DNA of 63,606 nt, filler included, from Phoronis australis (Eukaryota; Animalia; Phoronida), in assembly GCA_002633005.1 (NCBI GenBank). It is 6 parts of 6 records of this genome, joined end to end, with 100 filler letters (N's around TTAATTAATTAA, not from the genome) between each part and the next. Parts side by side here need not be neighbours in the genome. Positions count along the whole stretch, not along the records: positions 1 to 30,627 come from NMRA01000229.1; positions 30,728 to 50,565 come from NMRA01000288.1; 4 more parts are not named here. One strand, 5' to 3'. The notes beneath the pieces were generated by a model that was not told where the DNA came from, searched no databases, and saw only the letters and a program-made list of their open reading frames with translations. How positions within the stretch are numbered: position 1 is the stretch's first letter; the number at the start of each line of letters is the position of its first letter. The translations under genes and the position numbers were made by a program. Of this stretch, positions 25,601-39,536 are shown one piece after another.

Positions 25601-27430
25601 GGACAGACACAAACAACTGTACATATGTTAGTTAATTCATAGAAGCAGTAAATTTTGATTATATTAAAAAAAATTCTCAAATTAATAAATTCACACCAAC
25701 AAAACTTATTTCATAGTTAACGAAACATAAAGTAATCGCCATCTAGTGAATTTGCACGCTTTTAGCAAGGGCCTAATGTGATGCTGTTTGATCTAAAATT
25801 ACTCAAAGACTAAGTCAGTGACCCCCTAATTTTATTTTCTTATTTCAAGTCAAAATAAAAACATAAAAGACATTTTCTTCAGTATTTCTTTTTGTGTTGA
25901 CGCCAAAATGCTAAAATCGAGAAAAACAGTTACTAACACTGGCATAAGACACCAGTAAACAGGGAATTATGATTGAGACCTTTTAAACCTAAAACTAGTA
26001 TCGTACAATGAATGCCTTCAGTTTTTAAAAGAATTTCCTACGGAAGTAACTTTCAATAAACCATGTAAATTTCATATTTTTGTCAGGAGTGCTGTGTTTA
26101 GGTGAGTGTAAAGGAAAAACTAATTTGGTGACCCCAATTTATTTCTGCAAATTTGCAGTAGGCAAATGCCAAAATACAAAATACCAAAATTTAAATAATT
26201 CATAGATAATTTTAAACTGTGTCTAACCCCCCTAACCAGCAATTATCAGCATAAAATACCAATGCTGCAAGCAAATGCACAAAACCAAAGTTGCTATCAG
26301 GAAACAGGGTAAGAGCCAAATTTGATATAAATCCGATCAAAACTGAAGGAGCTACAGCAGTGACACACTCAAACACAAAAAGGCACTAAGTGGCTAATTT
26401 TTTTACCAGAAGATACTGAATTTTGCATGGGTCTGAGCTACTGTTAATATACAACTATCAAACTGGAATTCAAAATTTCAGGAGCTAAAGCAATGACAGG
26501 CTTGTGTCAGACGGACGCCCGATGCCAGGGTCATACCATAATATGGCCTGTCTAAAGACAGGTCTATCAAAATAAATTAGCCCAAACAATTTCAGAGTCT
26601 TAAGTCTTAACCCACAGTGGGGAGTCACGTGATATTGACACTGTTCAACCTACTAACTGTGTCAACGGGTTATTTTCATGGCTTGCTTTAATTAATTAAG
26701 TGCACCAGCTTTTTCTGGCTGGGTACTCTGTTTTGGCTAACAACAATCTGAACCTCGTATCGACATGTGGAAAAGAGATATACTGATTTTGGTAGACCAG
26801 TATGTAATATGTCACGTGGTTTCGGTTCGTTTTTCAGCCATTTTTGCCAAAAGGGATACTTTTTTGCCATGGTCACACCATTTAGGGTGTGATTTTCAAG
26901 AAATGGAGGTTGGTTCGTGGTCAGAAGTTGTATAAATGAAACATAGTAATCTCATTGGTGAATTGAATTTTTCCTCTTTGTCTGTTGTTAGCTACAAAAT
27001 GATTTTAAGGTGTCATTTTAAAGCTCCAAGTTCCGTCTGAGCATTTCACTCAAATATGGTGACATTTTCCAGTTTCTCAATTCAACTGGATAAGTTTTTG
27101 TTGCCCCAAGACACTCCATTAGGGACTATTTTAACACTCCGCCAGGGCCTAATGGGAAAGACACTGTTAAAAAAACAGTATCAAGATTTTTGGGTTGCGT
27201 CTCAACACCTGCATAGGTGGACTTAGGGGGGCCTGGCCCTCTCTGACAGCAGGTAATCAAAATCATGGGCACATTACCCAAAAAGTTGGGCTCACCCCCC
27301 CCCCCCCCCCCNGTCTGGACTAGTCCGAAAATGTGTGCGAACAAAAAACATGGGGAAGTATTTTATAAGACTTCCTGGGTAGTTGGCAGTTGGAGGTTGT
27401 AGCCCCCCTCCCCCGATCCACCCTTATGCC

Positions 27431-28100
27431 ATGGATGAGATTTACCCGAAACAACCTAAAGATTGTTTACTACACCACAAAAGTGATACAATTGCATTAA
27501 TCGCCACTAATTGGTTGCAGCTTAAGCAATATTCAGGAGACGGTGTCAATACTTGAACAGGGGTAATGAAATTATTACTTACTTGAGTCGACGTGATATG
27601 GTAGAGGAACTAACTCCCATTGATTTGGGGCCATCTCTTGTCGTGTGAAGTTTGCCTTTACCATACACTCTAAGTGAGATGAGGTTATGTCAAAATTTGA
27701 TTGTACCCAAATATCGTTGCTCTTGCAATGTACATGTGTTAAACAAAAGAATAGAGAGCTTTCGTACATGTATATGGCCGGTTACACTAGGATACCAAAT
27801 ACCACACATATTCGTAAATATTATCATGCTGAAATGCACACAGGTGAGTTTTGGTCATGGAAAACGAGTGACTTCGGCATGGTATCATTTTCAAATAGGT
27901 TTTTGGTATTAATTATTCAGTAACGATTCATCCGTAAGTTCTCTATTAACTCGTGCAATAAATGTGGCAACAATTAGCACCTAGTCCTGCACGCAGGAAT
28001 AACCTGAAAATGCTATAACTCCCAGTACAGCGATCTCAATGCAAAGGTAAATGTGACATGTTGGTACCTTTAATAGGCATCGGTTCAATTGTTAAAATTT
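27431..28100 (-). mobile_element. Internal fragment of the IS3EU-like transposon (second copy)
   Basis: Direct similarity to about 18048-18755 including the HTH exon, with indels. Confidence 0.8.
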
Positions 28101-28149
28101 CACTCTGTTAAATAGAAATAGATAAACATTAAACATAACAACAAGAATG

Positions 28150-28520
28150 GATCAACTGAAATTTTCGGATGTAATAACGCCCTTTGTCAACAGAAAAAGA
28201 AATAAAGTAAAATCAAACACTATATGACAATTGACATTTAAGATATGGTGTAATGAATATGATACATTTTTGCGTAAAAAATTCAATGATATAATTTAAG
28301 AAGTTTTTATGTTCAATCCATGAGGTTCTAGTGTATTGACCCTGTCTATCCAATGTTGTTCTCTTTTGAGTCTGTGAGGGGTACTGGGTAGTGGAGTTTT
28401 TCTATCATTTGTACAGAAAGATCTTGAATATTATGGTTTTTAGAATTGAAATGATTACCTATAGTGTCAGAAATCTTTTTACGTATTATGTAAAATCTTT
28501 GATTATGAAACCGAGTATTG
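28150..28520 (-). mobile_element. Penelope-like element 3' remnant (GIY-YIG endonuclease tail)
   Basis: TIGNHFNSKNHNIQDLSVQMIEKL then, frameshifted, WIDRVNTLEPHGLNIK; downstream TGACAAAGGGCG...CCGAAA motif typical of PLE termini. Confidence 0.75.
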
Positions 28521-30671
28521 GATAGAACATTTTTTACAAGATATAAAGTAAATAATATTGTTGGTGGTGCAATAAGAATAATGTATATATGTGTATATAT
28601 ATAGGATAGACCACTCAAACGAATGACGCTAGTGGTATACCCTATATATATATTTATGATAGACCGATTAATGAATTTGCAAGCGTGGCATTATCTGGGC
28701 AATATCTTATTAAGTATTCAATTTAAGTCCTTTTTTCGAAGCTCATTTATTTGAGAAAAGCTCATTTCAAATGAGAAGATGTTATTTATGCATATGCAAC
28801 ATAGTCTTATTGCGCCACTATTGGTTTCCGGTTTATTATTTTACGCGAGTTATTCGTTTGACTATTTTTGTTACCCCTTCCGGTTTCGCCATTTGCGATA
28901 AATAAACACAAGTATTTTGAGTTCACACATTTACTCTCATTTTACTGGCGTGGAATTTAAAAATCCAGTGATTCAATATGCTCAGCAAAAGCTTCGCTTT
29001 ACGAATTTTCTCGATTTTTCGAAATGCATGTATGACTGATAAAGTGCACGCTTTCAAGTGCGTTTAAACGACCTACATGCACAGTTATATGCAGCAAAAA
29101 CGGAGACCTTAACAACAAAGATCTGACCAGGGCCCTCAAAGGGTAAACCTTGCACTGATACTGAGTTGTGAAATGTTCTCTTGAATTTTCTCTCCCATCC
29201 GTATTTGTAGTCTTTCTTTTCTCGACTGTCCCCGGCCCCAAACCTGTGTCGGTTGTCAAGGTTTAACCCTGACGCCTGCAAATTTTTGGGGTGCACGGCC
29301 CCCTCCCCGGCCCCGCTTCCTACGTCCCTGTGGCCTCTAAACATTGACCACCGTCTCTATGAGCACGCTGATTGGGCACAGCAAAAATAGGTCAAACTTT
29401 CAAGAGGCCACAGACAACCCTGCTTTTTCACATGCTCATGCGAGGTAGGACGACACATTCGTAAATTACTGTCAAGGGCCTCTTCGCTGAATGTTGCTGT
29501 TTTTAGTTGATGTAAGCGCTCTGAAGATGTCGCGAGGGGCCTTATGAGCATGCGCATTAGACNCAAACCTGTGTCGGTTGTCAAGGTTTAACCCTGACGC
29601 CTGCAAATTTTTGGGGTGCACGGCCCCCTCCCCGGCCCCCGCTTCCTACGTCCCTGTGGCCTCTAAACATTGACCACCGTCTCTAGCCGACTAGAGATGG
29701 CGTAGCTCCTATAGGAGCTTCATACTCCGGAAACTTTGTTATGCCTCACACTGACTTAAACAACAAAGTCACGTTACTATGAACCCTTTTGAGCATACAT
29801 GTAGAGAAACAGCTTAGGAGGCTGTCGGTGTATTTAATTCCTTCCAACTCGACGAAATACTCCTAGTAAAAAACTTTTTCTTCCAGCAGTCACTCGTTCA
29901 ACACCAAACACAATCTGCAGACCTGAATAGAAAGCCATCCTTAACAAATAAGAAACCATAATACGCTGTTGTAACCAATACCCATATACTTCCCAATATG
30001 CTTATGTGAGATTTTCAAGCAAATATAGGGATTGGAGTTGTCGTAAAAAAGCCGAAAAATTCTCAACATTTCACGGGAACTTTGAGCTTCTTTTATCAAG
30101 GTCAGCTGTTGTGTCAAAAATCGTAGATTTTGCATACATAATCATCTTTCATGGAATAAATATTTAATTCGTTGTAAAAATTGTTTTCTGTCAGTGTTGA
30201 ATGATCGTTTTGACATTGAGGTAAATACAAAACAAGTTATGCCAAATAGAACACGTTAGCGAAAGGCCGCAAATCTTGTTGAACCCACCCATTGACCTAT
30301 CGCCAGGATTACGACTGACTCAGGCTTAAATGACCAATCAGAACGCAGCATTCTTGACACACCTTCGTCTGCGTTTCCAAGCCGATATTTTACCCGACAA
30401 ACAATACGTTGTCGTGTAAAACTTATTTTGTCTATAGCTCAAGAAATTGCGTGATAAGACATAGGCGGATTTGGGGGGCCCAGCCCCCCCCCCCTTGGCT
30501 GCCGCAAAAAAAATAAAACAACATGAACATGAAGAAATGTTGAGTTTATTAATTAACCCCGGTAATTAACATTATATGGCTGAAACGAGTTTTAACAATG
30601 TGCGCAGCTTTAGTTTGTAAGTGCGTGNNNNNNNNNNNNNNNNNNNNNNNNNNNNNNNNNNNNNNNNNNNN

Positions 30672-30683
30672 TTAATTAATTAA
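30672..30683. other. Artificial scaffold spacer TTAATTAATTAA inside N run (also 50610, 52510, 59438, 61149)
   Basis: Identical six-frame-stop linker centred in 100-nt N blocks. Confidence 0.95.
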
Positions 30684-32696
30684 NNNNNNNNNNNNNNNNN
30701 NNNNNNNNNNNNNNNNNNNNNNNNNNNGGGGGTGTGGTGAATAATCTGTCTTTGATTGTATTTACTGGTACCCTTATGTCACTATAATAAATAAATAAAT
30801 AATATTGGGGCATGGGCGGTTATTTAGGCGAATACAGTATTTCAAGTGAATATTGGAACTTGTCTAAATCATCAATTTTCTTATGCGTTTACTCCAGTTT
30901 AGTGTTGCAAATATTTTCAGTCTAATACATGTATGTCTTCAGTACATGTGCTTGTAATCAAGATGCCCTTGACTTGATTAATGGCATAGTGTACATTTGC
31001 ACTCTGTACATTAGCAACATGGGTTTGTCTTTTTGGTTTGGTTTGGTGACTTTTGATTCCTTTTGCGATGTGTTTGGCTGAAAATACCCACTTGACAACA
31101 ATTACGGGTCAAACAATACCACCAAGTTTTAATGCTTTATTTCTTACAAGAAGGACCACCCATAATTTGGGTTTTCTTCTGAAGACCACCACCCATGAAT
31201 TTTTATTTCAACTGCCGTCCTCCCCTCCCATACGGATTTCGCTGGAACAGCCCTAAGAATAACTAGATGACATTGTAAACTATAACTTTCTTGCAAATAC
31301 TTTCGAAATTGAAAAAGTCCAATGCATTTAGTTTAAATCTGTAGCAACTTCTTTGCATAATTTTAAAGCTGCCTAAAGTTTGTAACATTTTATCGTTTTA
31401 AGGTTCTTAGGTGTGAGATACATTTTTTCTTCTGCAAGTTTAGAAAGCAAAAATATGACCTAAGGTTATTTTTATTGGCTGAAAAATTGTAATTTCATGG
31501 GTGTAATAGACGTACAAATTTGCTGTACATCTGTCATGCAATTTCTGACTTAATGAATAATCCGTGGGATCTAAAATTTTGGTCAATAGTATTGAGTAAT
31601 AAGTTAAAAGATAATATGAAATTATTTTACTTTAGATTGAAAAATTTTAACGTAACTAAACTTTTTAACACTTTCTTGTGACGAATGTACAGCATCACGA
31701 TTTCCAGTTGACCTTTGACCCCAAGTGATCAATGATGTTAAAGTTGAAATGTTACTGAAGTTTGGGGTTTATTTGGTTGCACAAATTTGATAGTATAGTG
31801 AAATACCAATGATTAGCTTTCTTATGGCAATAATTAGCAACATACATGAAAAACAAATTAATTTTTAGGGTCAAGTGACCCCAAAAATGGGTCCATTTAG
31901 GTAAAAAATTGAAACTCATAGGACAATCAAATATGGGTCCTGAAACTAGTGAGAATGGACTTTCAGAGGAGACCAGAAATGTTAGTTTAGCTACAATTTT
32001 ACTTTTTTGTCTTGAGCTTAACCTTTTCACAGAATTTCCCTTTGATAAACTGGACAAATATCCATTATTGCGTGATCTGAAATTCTTTGCCTTCCCCCAC
32101 CAATGAGAGACACGAAAATGAGCCTGATTTCCAAAACAAGGTCATGGGCTTTCTTATCTCTGGGAAAAAGTAGAGTTCTATGGCCGTGTAATCTGGGCCA
32201 GCCCTATTGTCCAACTCCAATCCAGGGATATACGTAGCCACTCGCCCAGTCGCCAATGCGAGTAAAAATGGTGCTGGGCAAGTAGAAGTTGACTTGCCGG
32301 TCGACCAGGTGGCGGGCAAATTTTCATAGCACAAAAGCACTATATCATTTCCGAGAGGAACATGAATAAATTTTCTCCTCTTTGTGCTGTTTTTGTCACG
32401 AATTTAAGGTTCAATTTGGTCAGCGTGTCGACGTTAAGGCAGTAAAAAACATCGGCGAAGTGCAATCCTACCGATTCAATAGATGTCACACGTTATGCGA
32501 TTTGTCTGGACAAAATTTCAAAGTGTGTGGTCGTGCACAAAGGAAGTTGTGGACTAGTCCGAAACGAAGAAAAGGGGGGAAAGCCGGAAGACCGGTCCAT
32601 ATGCTCACAACAAGTGAAATGCCTTATTTCTTGGAACTGATTTCATATTGGTACAATATGTACAATGTCATTTTAGCCAAAATTATTTTGTAAATA

Positions 32697-33755
32697 ATTA
32701 CATTCGTGCTAATAAGCCCCCATGCCCCTATAAGTGCCCCCCCACTCGTTTTCAGACTTTGTTAAAATAAGCACCCAGTCCATGAACGTGTACAGTTCTA
32801 AAGTTCTACAGTAATGTCTTCAATTTATCAATAATATACGACAGTCCTGAAAAATCATGGTGGGCAGAATCACAAGCCTCACCAGTCGGTATTTAGCCAT
32901 GGCTGTACACTACAAACTTGCGCAGTGCTTCAAAAAGAACGCAAAAGTTTTGCTAATCTTGCGAGGAACGTGTCCCACCATGGTCAGGCCTTTCAGAACA
33001 GACGCAGCGTACTTGTCAATGGGATTGTATTGTATCTTTCCCGTACAGATCTTCTCCCTCAACAGGAATCCAGATTTCTTTGTGCAATATAAAAACCACG
33101 AATCGAAACTTGACCAGTGTTAATGAGCACGTGGCCACGAAGCGCGTGCTAGGGCCTTCTTGTATCTGGGCCTGCTACGCTGGCAAATGAACTCTGATGA
33201 CATGCAAGCGCTCGCTCACTCGGCGTACACCTGCAGACTAACTTCAAAACAAACGTGACGTGACAACAACATGTGTGTTTGTACAGACTTTTCTTGTGTT
33301 GCAGGGTGCGATCTAGCGCAGATTTGGACTTAATCTGCAGTTAATCCAGCGTACACATCATGAACTTAAAAATCTTAGGGACGCTATTTGGAAAACTTAA
33401 GGAAGATTTCAGTTAATTTGTTGAGTCGAAACTGTATTTCTACTCAAGAATTCTCAAGTTGCCCCATTGATGATTGCGAGGCAGCAACGCCTCAGTCAGC
33501 AAGTTTTCGCCCAGGGATTTCAGCACATTTTTTAAAAAAAAGATCGTAATTTAACAACAAAGTTTGATAGCAATCCACCACAGTTTTGTAGAAAGTCTGT
33601 CATAGGTTACAGATACGTCACAGCACATAAATTTGATGAATCATAGCTTCCGATTTCACCCGTTTCGGTTTTCAACCACCTTAGGCTACAAGCGCCCTCC
33701 CCTCCGTAACGAATTTTTCTATGCACCCTGGGCGCTTATTAGGGCAAATACGGTA
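32697..33755. mobile_element. Tc1/mariner(pogo)-like non-autonomous element
   Basis: Right TIR GGGCGCTTATTAGGGCAAATACGGTA; degenerate left TIR ...ATTCGTGCTAATAAGCCCCC; a similar right end at about 30815-30839. Confidence 0.5.
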
Positions 33756-35019
33756 GCCCTAATAGATGGTGACATAAACGCACAAAACGATGATTTTTGT
33801 TGACACTGGCAGCAGATTTGTAGTGACAGAGGCAAACGGCCGGGCGACTGGACTTCGGGCTGGGCGCAGGGCTTCATCCAGGATTTCAAACATAGGGTGT
33901 CCAAAATGGGTTCCCAATATTCCAGGGCGTCCATGATTCCGACGACGCATTACCCCCCCCTCCCCACCACCATTCACCAGTAACCCCCCCAAACACACAG
34001 TGAGTTTTTTTNNNNNNNNNNNNNNNNNNNNNNNNNNNNNNNNNNNNNNNNNNNNNNNNNNNNNNNNNNNNNNNNNNNNNNNNNNNNNNNNNNNTGGTCA
34101 TCTCAAGTCAAATTCTGTTATAAAGTTTATTATATCAACTTCACTAGCTTTATATTCTGTACAATGAGTCATCAAAGCTGCAGTTACCAACAAAAGAAAA
34201 ATGCACAGATGATGTGTGGTTTATATTTTGGCAACAGGTGTCACTGCTGCTCCATTTTAGACGCACATACAAAAGCATGAAACGGGCGAAAACTCAAACA
34301 TTTTAAATGGGGATATTCTTGCGGCACATCATATTATTAAAATAATGACATTTATTTTGCTTTTGGTGTTTTCAAAAAAAGATGAAGTAGATGAAACTAC
34401 AGCTCTGAAACACCAGTTTGGAGTTGAGCAAGGTCCGTGTCCCTATATAAAGTACAGAATTGCAGTGGCACATGAGTCTACTGAAAGCAGACACTCTGGC
34501 AACCAAACACGTGCTAATGATTGACAGGTCTACCAAATACTTTGAAAATAGTTTGAACATTGCAACATTTGAAATACATTGTATATTTCTTTCTGAGTTG
34601 AAAGGGCCAACTTCTCTCTTTGATTAACTGGTAGTCTTAGTAATCTTACAATATGGGTGTCCAAACTGGAGAAATTCTGATTGACAGGGCGTCCAAATGA
34701 TACATTGGGCGTCCTTGCCAGAGTGTCCACATTAGTGCTAGGGCGTCCATTTGGACGCCCAGGACGTACGCTGCATGAAGGCCTGGCTGGGCGAGTAGAT
34801 TTTCTGGCTCACTTGCCCAGCTGGGAAGCAGGGTTTTGAAACCTGGGTATATCACGATTTTGGTAGCGTTCGATTCCGCCTATCATTCTCATTAAAAAAA
34901 TATGAATTTGTGACCTACCGCGTTACTTCACCATTTTATCGCCAAATTTCTGTTCGCACTTTATATTTCCCAGTTGACATCGCCATGTTCACTCAACTCA
35001 AAATTACAGCGACACCTTG

Positions 35020-35532
35020 GACAGTGATTACATATAGGAGCTCCGTATGGCGGAAGATTTTCGGCGAATTATGCCTCATACTGACTATAAAACATCAAAG
35101 TCACGTTGTTATAAATACCTTTTGCGCAGAGAGGGACACCTTAGGAGGCTGTCGATGTATTTAATTCCTTTCAATTCAAAGAAATACTCTCGCTATCAAA
35201 CTTTTTCTTCGATCAGTTAAAAAAATTGGTAACTCGCCATTTTTAACGCTCTGGCATGCGTTGCAGTGTAAAAATGGTGAGTTACCGATTTTGGGAACTG
35301 AACGAGGGACTACTCAAAAAAAATTTGATAACGAGAGTATTCTTTCGAGTTGGAAGGAATTATAAATACATCGATGGCCTTGTCGTATGCGCAAAAGTGT
35401 TTATAACAATGTGATGTTTTTTAGTCAGTAAGTCAGTGTGATACATAATTCGCCAAAAAGCTTGCAGCGTATGAAGCTCCCATGGGAGCTCCACCATCTC
35501 TACTAGTCCAGTTAGTGACGGTGATCACTGTC
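35020..35532. mobile_element. Foldback/palindromic MITE (about 510-bp imperfect hairpin)
   Basis: Arms pair around about 35260 (GGTAACTCGCCATTTTTA / TAAAAATGGTGAGTTACC; AATACTCTCG.TATCAAA / TTTGATAACGAGAGTATT); a related half copy lies at 29668-29885. Confidence 0.7.
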
Positions 35533-35609
35533 TACGACACCTGCAGAAGGCGAAGAACCCAAGACCAAGTCAAAGACTGAAAAGTGAAAGAGCCAACCAA
35601 CTAACCTGG

Positions 35610-36252
35610 TAGCCAGACAGCTAGCTGTATGAAGACTGTCATCAAAATACAGCTAGGTACCACTGTGTGCATTTCTTCCGTAGACCCCGAAATTGCAGGG
35701 TAGTTCTGCTCATCACCACGCCGTGAAACTTGTATCAAAATGTCAATCTAAAGACCAGACGGGGTGCATGCAAAATTGGGAATCAACCGATACTCACCTT
35801 GCCCGTTACAGCCGTTTAAGTGAAAAGCAGTGCAATAAACGTTATTTTCTTGCATAATTCTCCGCCTTTTGTAACAATGAAAAGTATGTCATCGTTTCGA
35901 AAACAATACGCTCGTGTCACGGGCACATGCCATTTCCTAAATTTTCGCGACAACTTCGGTGAAGCAAAATTTGTTCTGAAATTCGTTTTATCGGTGTCAG
36001 AATTCTAAAAAACTATAATGAAGTGAAACCATTTCCAATAATTTGTTGTGACATTTACGCAAGCTCGTGAAAGAACAACAGTTGATTGAAGAATTCGCAA
36101 AAAAGAAACTGGCCAATAGGTGACACAATATTTCATGGGCCATGGCGCCGAAAGCCGTCGCTAAAGATCGCTCCACAACTTTAGCAACAGAATAACGGTA
36201 GAACGCCATTTTTTCCAACACAGTTAAATAATTTAGTTTACTCAAGGAAGAC
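35610..36252. repeat. Third copy of repeat family at 21163-21940
   Basis: Same motif series, more diverged. Confidence 0.7.
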
Positions 36253-39200
36253 TGTAGTTTTTAATGACACTAATTTTGTGTCAGATTTTATCTTACCACT
36301 TTTTACCTACATCGGTGCATATATACAGCTTTGTATCAAGGCTACTAACCTGGATGCCATTTCAATGCCAGTTTTTTGTAAGCTTTCTTCAGTTCTTCGA
36401 TACTGGCATCNGTTTTCTCATTGGGTTCATTTTTGGACTCTTGCGAACGTTAGTTAGTTTGCGTTTGCGAGAAGACAACACGTGTTCTCTCGCGAACGTG
36501 ACCCCGTTCGCGAGAACAACGCCGGTCCTCTCGCGAACGTGAGTTCATTGGCGGACATCTTGGATCGAGGAAAAACGCTCGGGAGGCGAACATAATTTGT
36601 CGCGTATCTTCTCAAATGTTGTAGATTTCACGAAAAAGTGTGAGTAGAGTGGCGCGCGTGATCCATAAGAGTGGGTAATTGTATATTGCGACACTTCATT
36701 TTATTTTTTAAGTATTCCTGACAGAATTTGAAATGGGACCAACTTATCCGACTATTACCCTAACAGCTATAAAATAGATTGCGTCATCTATAGTAAAACA
36801 TTGTGGAAAGGGAGAGTGTAGAGTACCGTCGGTAATGCATACCGCGCTCATTTTCTAATTCAACAGCATTGTGAGTCACTGACTAGACTGAGTGGCAAGG
36901 CGAGTACAAACAAAGCCAAGAAAAGGGAGAGCTATATGATTGATGTGAAAGAGCTAGTAAGTTAACATTGCTGGTTGTATGCGTATTTAAACAGTTAACC
37001 GATATTAACCTGTTCCTTGAGTAAAAATGGTCTTGCAGTGGCGGATCTAGGATATCACAAGGGGGGGCCCAACATTTTGTTCGGCTGCAAGCATTTGCGT
37101 AAAGTCAACCACAATTGTAGATGCGCATAGCATCGAATGGGGGGAGGTTGGGAGGGAGGTTTACCCCCCTTAAAAGTACACAATTTCAACCAATCAGACA
37201 CGATCTGAAGGGCAAGGCCCATAACTCCTAGGTTCTGACCATGTTTGGCCATATCCAAAGGACCCAAAAATCATAGGAAAATTCCATACAGCTTGACCAC
37301 TAGAGGGCGCATTGATCTTATTTACATAGTCATGTCCAGGGCACTCCTGTTACACTATACTTCCTTGGCCAAAGAATATCTCATCGGGCTTGTTATTACT
37401 TGGTGAAATAAAGTTCCTCCAAGTATGTTGCTTTGCCATAAAATTTGTTTTTGTTTGTTGGTTTCTTTGTTTGCACGGTACAAATTGCAATTTTTTAGTC
37501 GGGTCAACCTGAAATTTACTCACAACCGTGATTTGTTAGTGAATGGCTCAGAAGCCTTCCGTTTTTAATTAAAAATCAGAAACGTACCTAAGTCATCATC
37601 ACTGTCCTGGATATCAAAGTTATAGAGCTGTGGATTTAATCCATTACTTGCTAAATGTGCTTCGTGTTGTGATAAATGCAGTTGTGCAGACATCGAAGTA
37701 AACGGTAGATGACATGTTGCCATCAAAGTAATCCCAAGGTAGCGCTGCACTCTAAGTTTTTTATATGTGACAATTTAGCAACATTTACACTGTGTTAATT
37801 GACATACAACTTGTTTTTAATTCGACTGGTGATTATTTGAGCAAAATATAATAACTATTAGCGAGACTACACTACCCTTTAATAATTGTTGATGATAACA
37901 GTGGGACCTGGCAAGAACTTCGATGGGACCAAAGTTGACTGTTCACTGCAGTACCGCAGCATCGACGCTCCGCTATTTAATCCACCTGTTTAGTGCCAAG
38001 TTGATTGGCGCTGTTAACTTTGACCCAGGACCGAAGTTAACCGTTCATAATGACCACAACTCAAAACATCGATGTGTCGACGTTAGTATGAAAGGCCCTC
38101 AAGACACTGCTGATGATCTGCTCTGTTAACATCACCTGTACCAATATGCCAGCATAAGGGCACCAATAACAACAATAATACTTCCAATAACAATGATGTC
38201 GCTACTAATAACAACAAATTTTGAGTTACATTGACAAAATTGTGAAAAGTAAAGGATCAATTTTGTTTCTATGTTTACGAAAACACCTCTCCAACACTGG
38301 TGTTGACCTTTATTGTGCATGAGCAGCATCGTGTGATAAAGTGACACTCTCGATGTCAGGTCACAATCAACTGGTTTAAAACAAACACATCAAAACTTCA
38401 AGCAAAAAAAGATGTCTATGCAACATTTTGTGTTGATTCATTGTGCTTATTCAGGAATCTTAAAGTGCATGGTCATTGAATGTGGTTGGTTTTGGGAAGA
38501 ATGTAGGGAAATTGGCAACTGCTGCACAAAATATTTGTTGGAAGAAATGGTACATATTGATAGCCTTTAACAACTTCACTGACATAAATTCACCTCCTAA
38601 AGCGACTGCCAACAGTGGCAATCCACTGACGATGATTGCCTCACTGTGGCTCATGACACCGACGATGCTGAAAACGGCTACCGGTATGTTGTTTTGGTCA
38701 TCGTTATCTGGATTGTCATCATCATCAAACATTCGTCATAAAATAGATAATGGAGAAAAACCAAGACTTGACTGTACAAATCAGTCGGCAAGAAAGTGAG
38801 GAAAGGTGAATCAATAAAATGGTTTTCAAAAAATCTCAACAGTTAGAGAATAGTTGGTCATAGGGAAAGAACTGACGGTGCATTTCTCGTAGCACTTGAC
38901 GAAAGATCCATCGATGGCTTTGTAAATCAAAATGTGAAAAAATGACATCGCACTACGGTGCCAAACATGATTTTATTTTAATGCAATACTATTATGTGTC
39001 ATCATGGCTTGATCTTGAACACTAGCTGACAGGACTTAACTACTTAGTGAAAATAACATGTGATGTGTGCAATGAGCAAAATCGTTATGGCTGCCGGGAT
39101 GAAATTCTTTTGATTGTTTCTGATTTGAAGTTTCTAAATTGAGATTTTAGTTTTTTATTTGTGTGTCGTTCATTCACAATGTTTGAGCTACATCCCAGGA

Positions 39201-39536
39201 AATTTACAATAATTTTCCATCATGAGAAAAATTGCCCAAAAATGTTGATTGTATCTCTTCTAGGTGAAATGTGAAGCCCCTGCCTAAAATGAGACCCCTA
39301 GCACTTGTAGAACAAAAATTACTGGACAGCTCAAATTTGAATTGGAGACAGAGTTTACCCAACTCACCCTGGTTTCAGCTTGAGAGTTTTTGTACTGTCA
39401 AACTGTTAGTTTGTCTCTATCCTAGAAATTACATTTCTAATTTGAGTAAAGAACAAGATGAGACGGTTGGTTTAAATCAAACTATTGTTTTTCTATTTCA
39501 GTTACGTAACCTTAAGCTGTTAATCACCTGACTAAA

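Noticed and set aside
30672-30683. Recurrent palindrome TTAATTAATTAA as a biological motif
   Set aside because: Always centred in N runs; an assembly linker.
37276-37285. kB-like site GGAAAATTCC upstream of the IL-1-like ATG (and GGGAATTT runs near 55798-55852)
   Set aside because: Short motifs expected by chance and located in repeat-like sequence; no supporting evidence.
38460-38799. 90-107 aa ORFs upstream of the cytokine ATG
   Set aside because: No motifs, and no splice connection to the gene, whose ATG is preceded by an in-frame stop.
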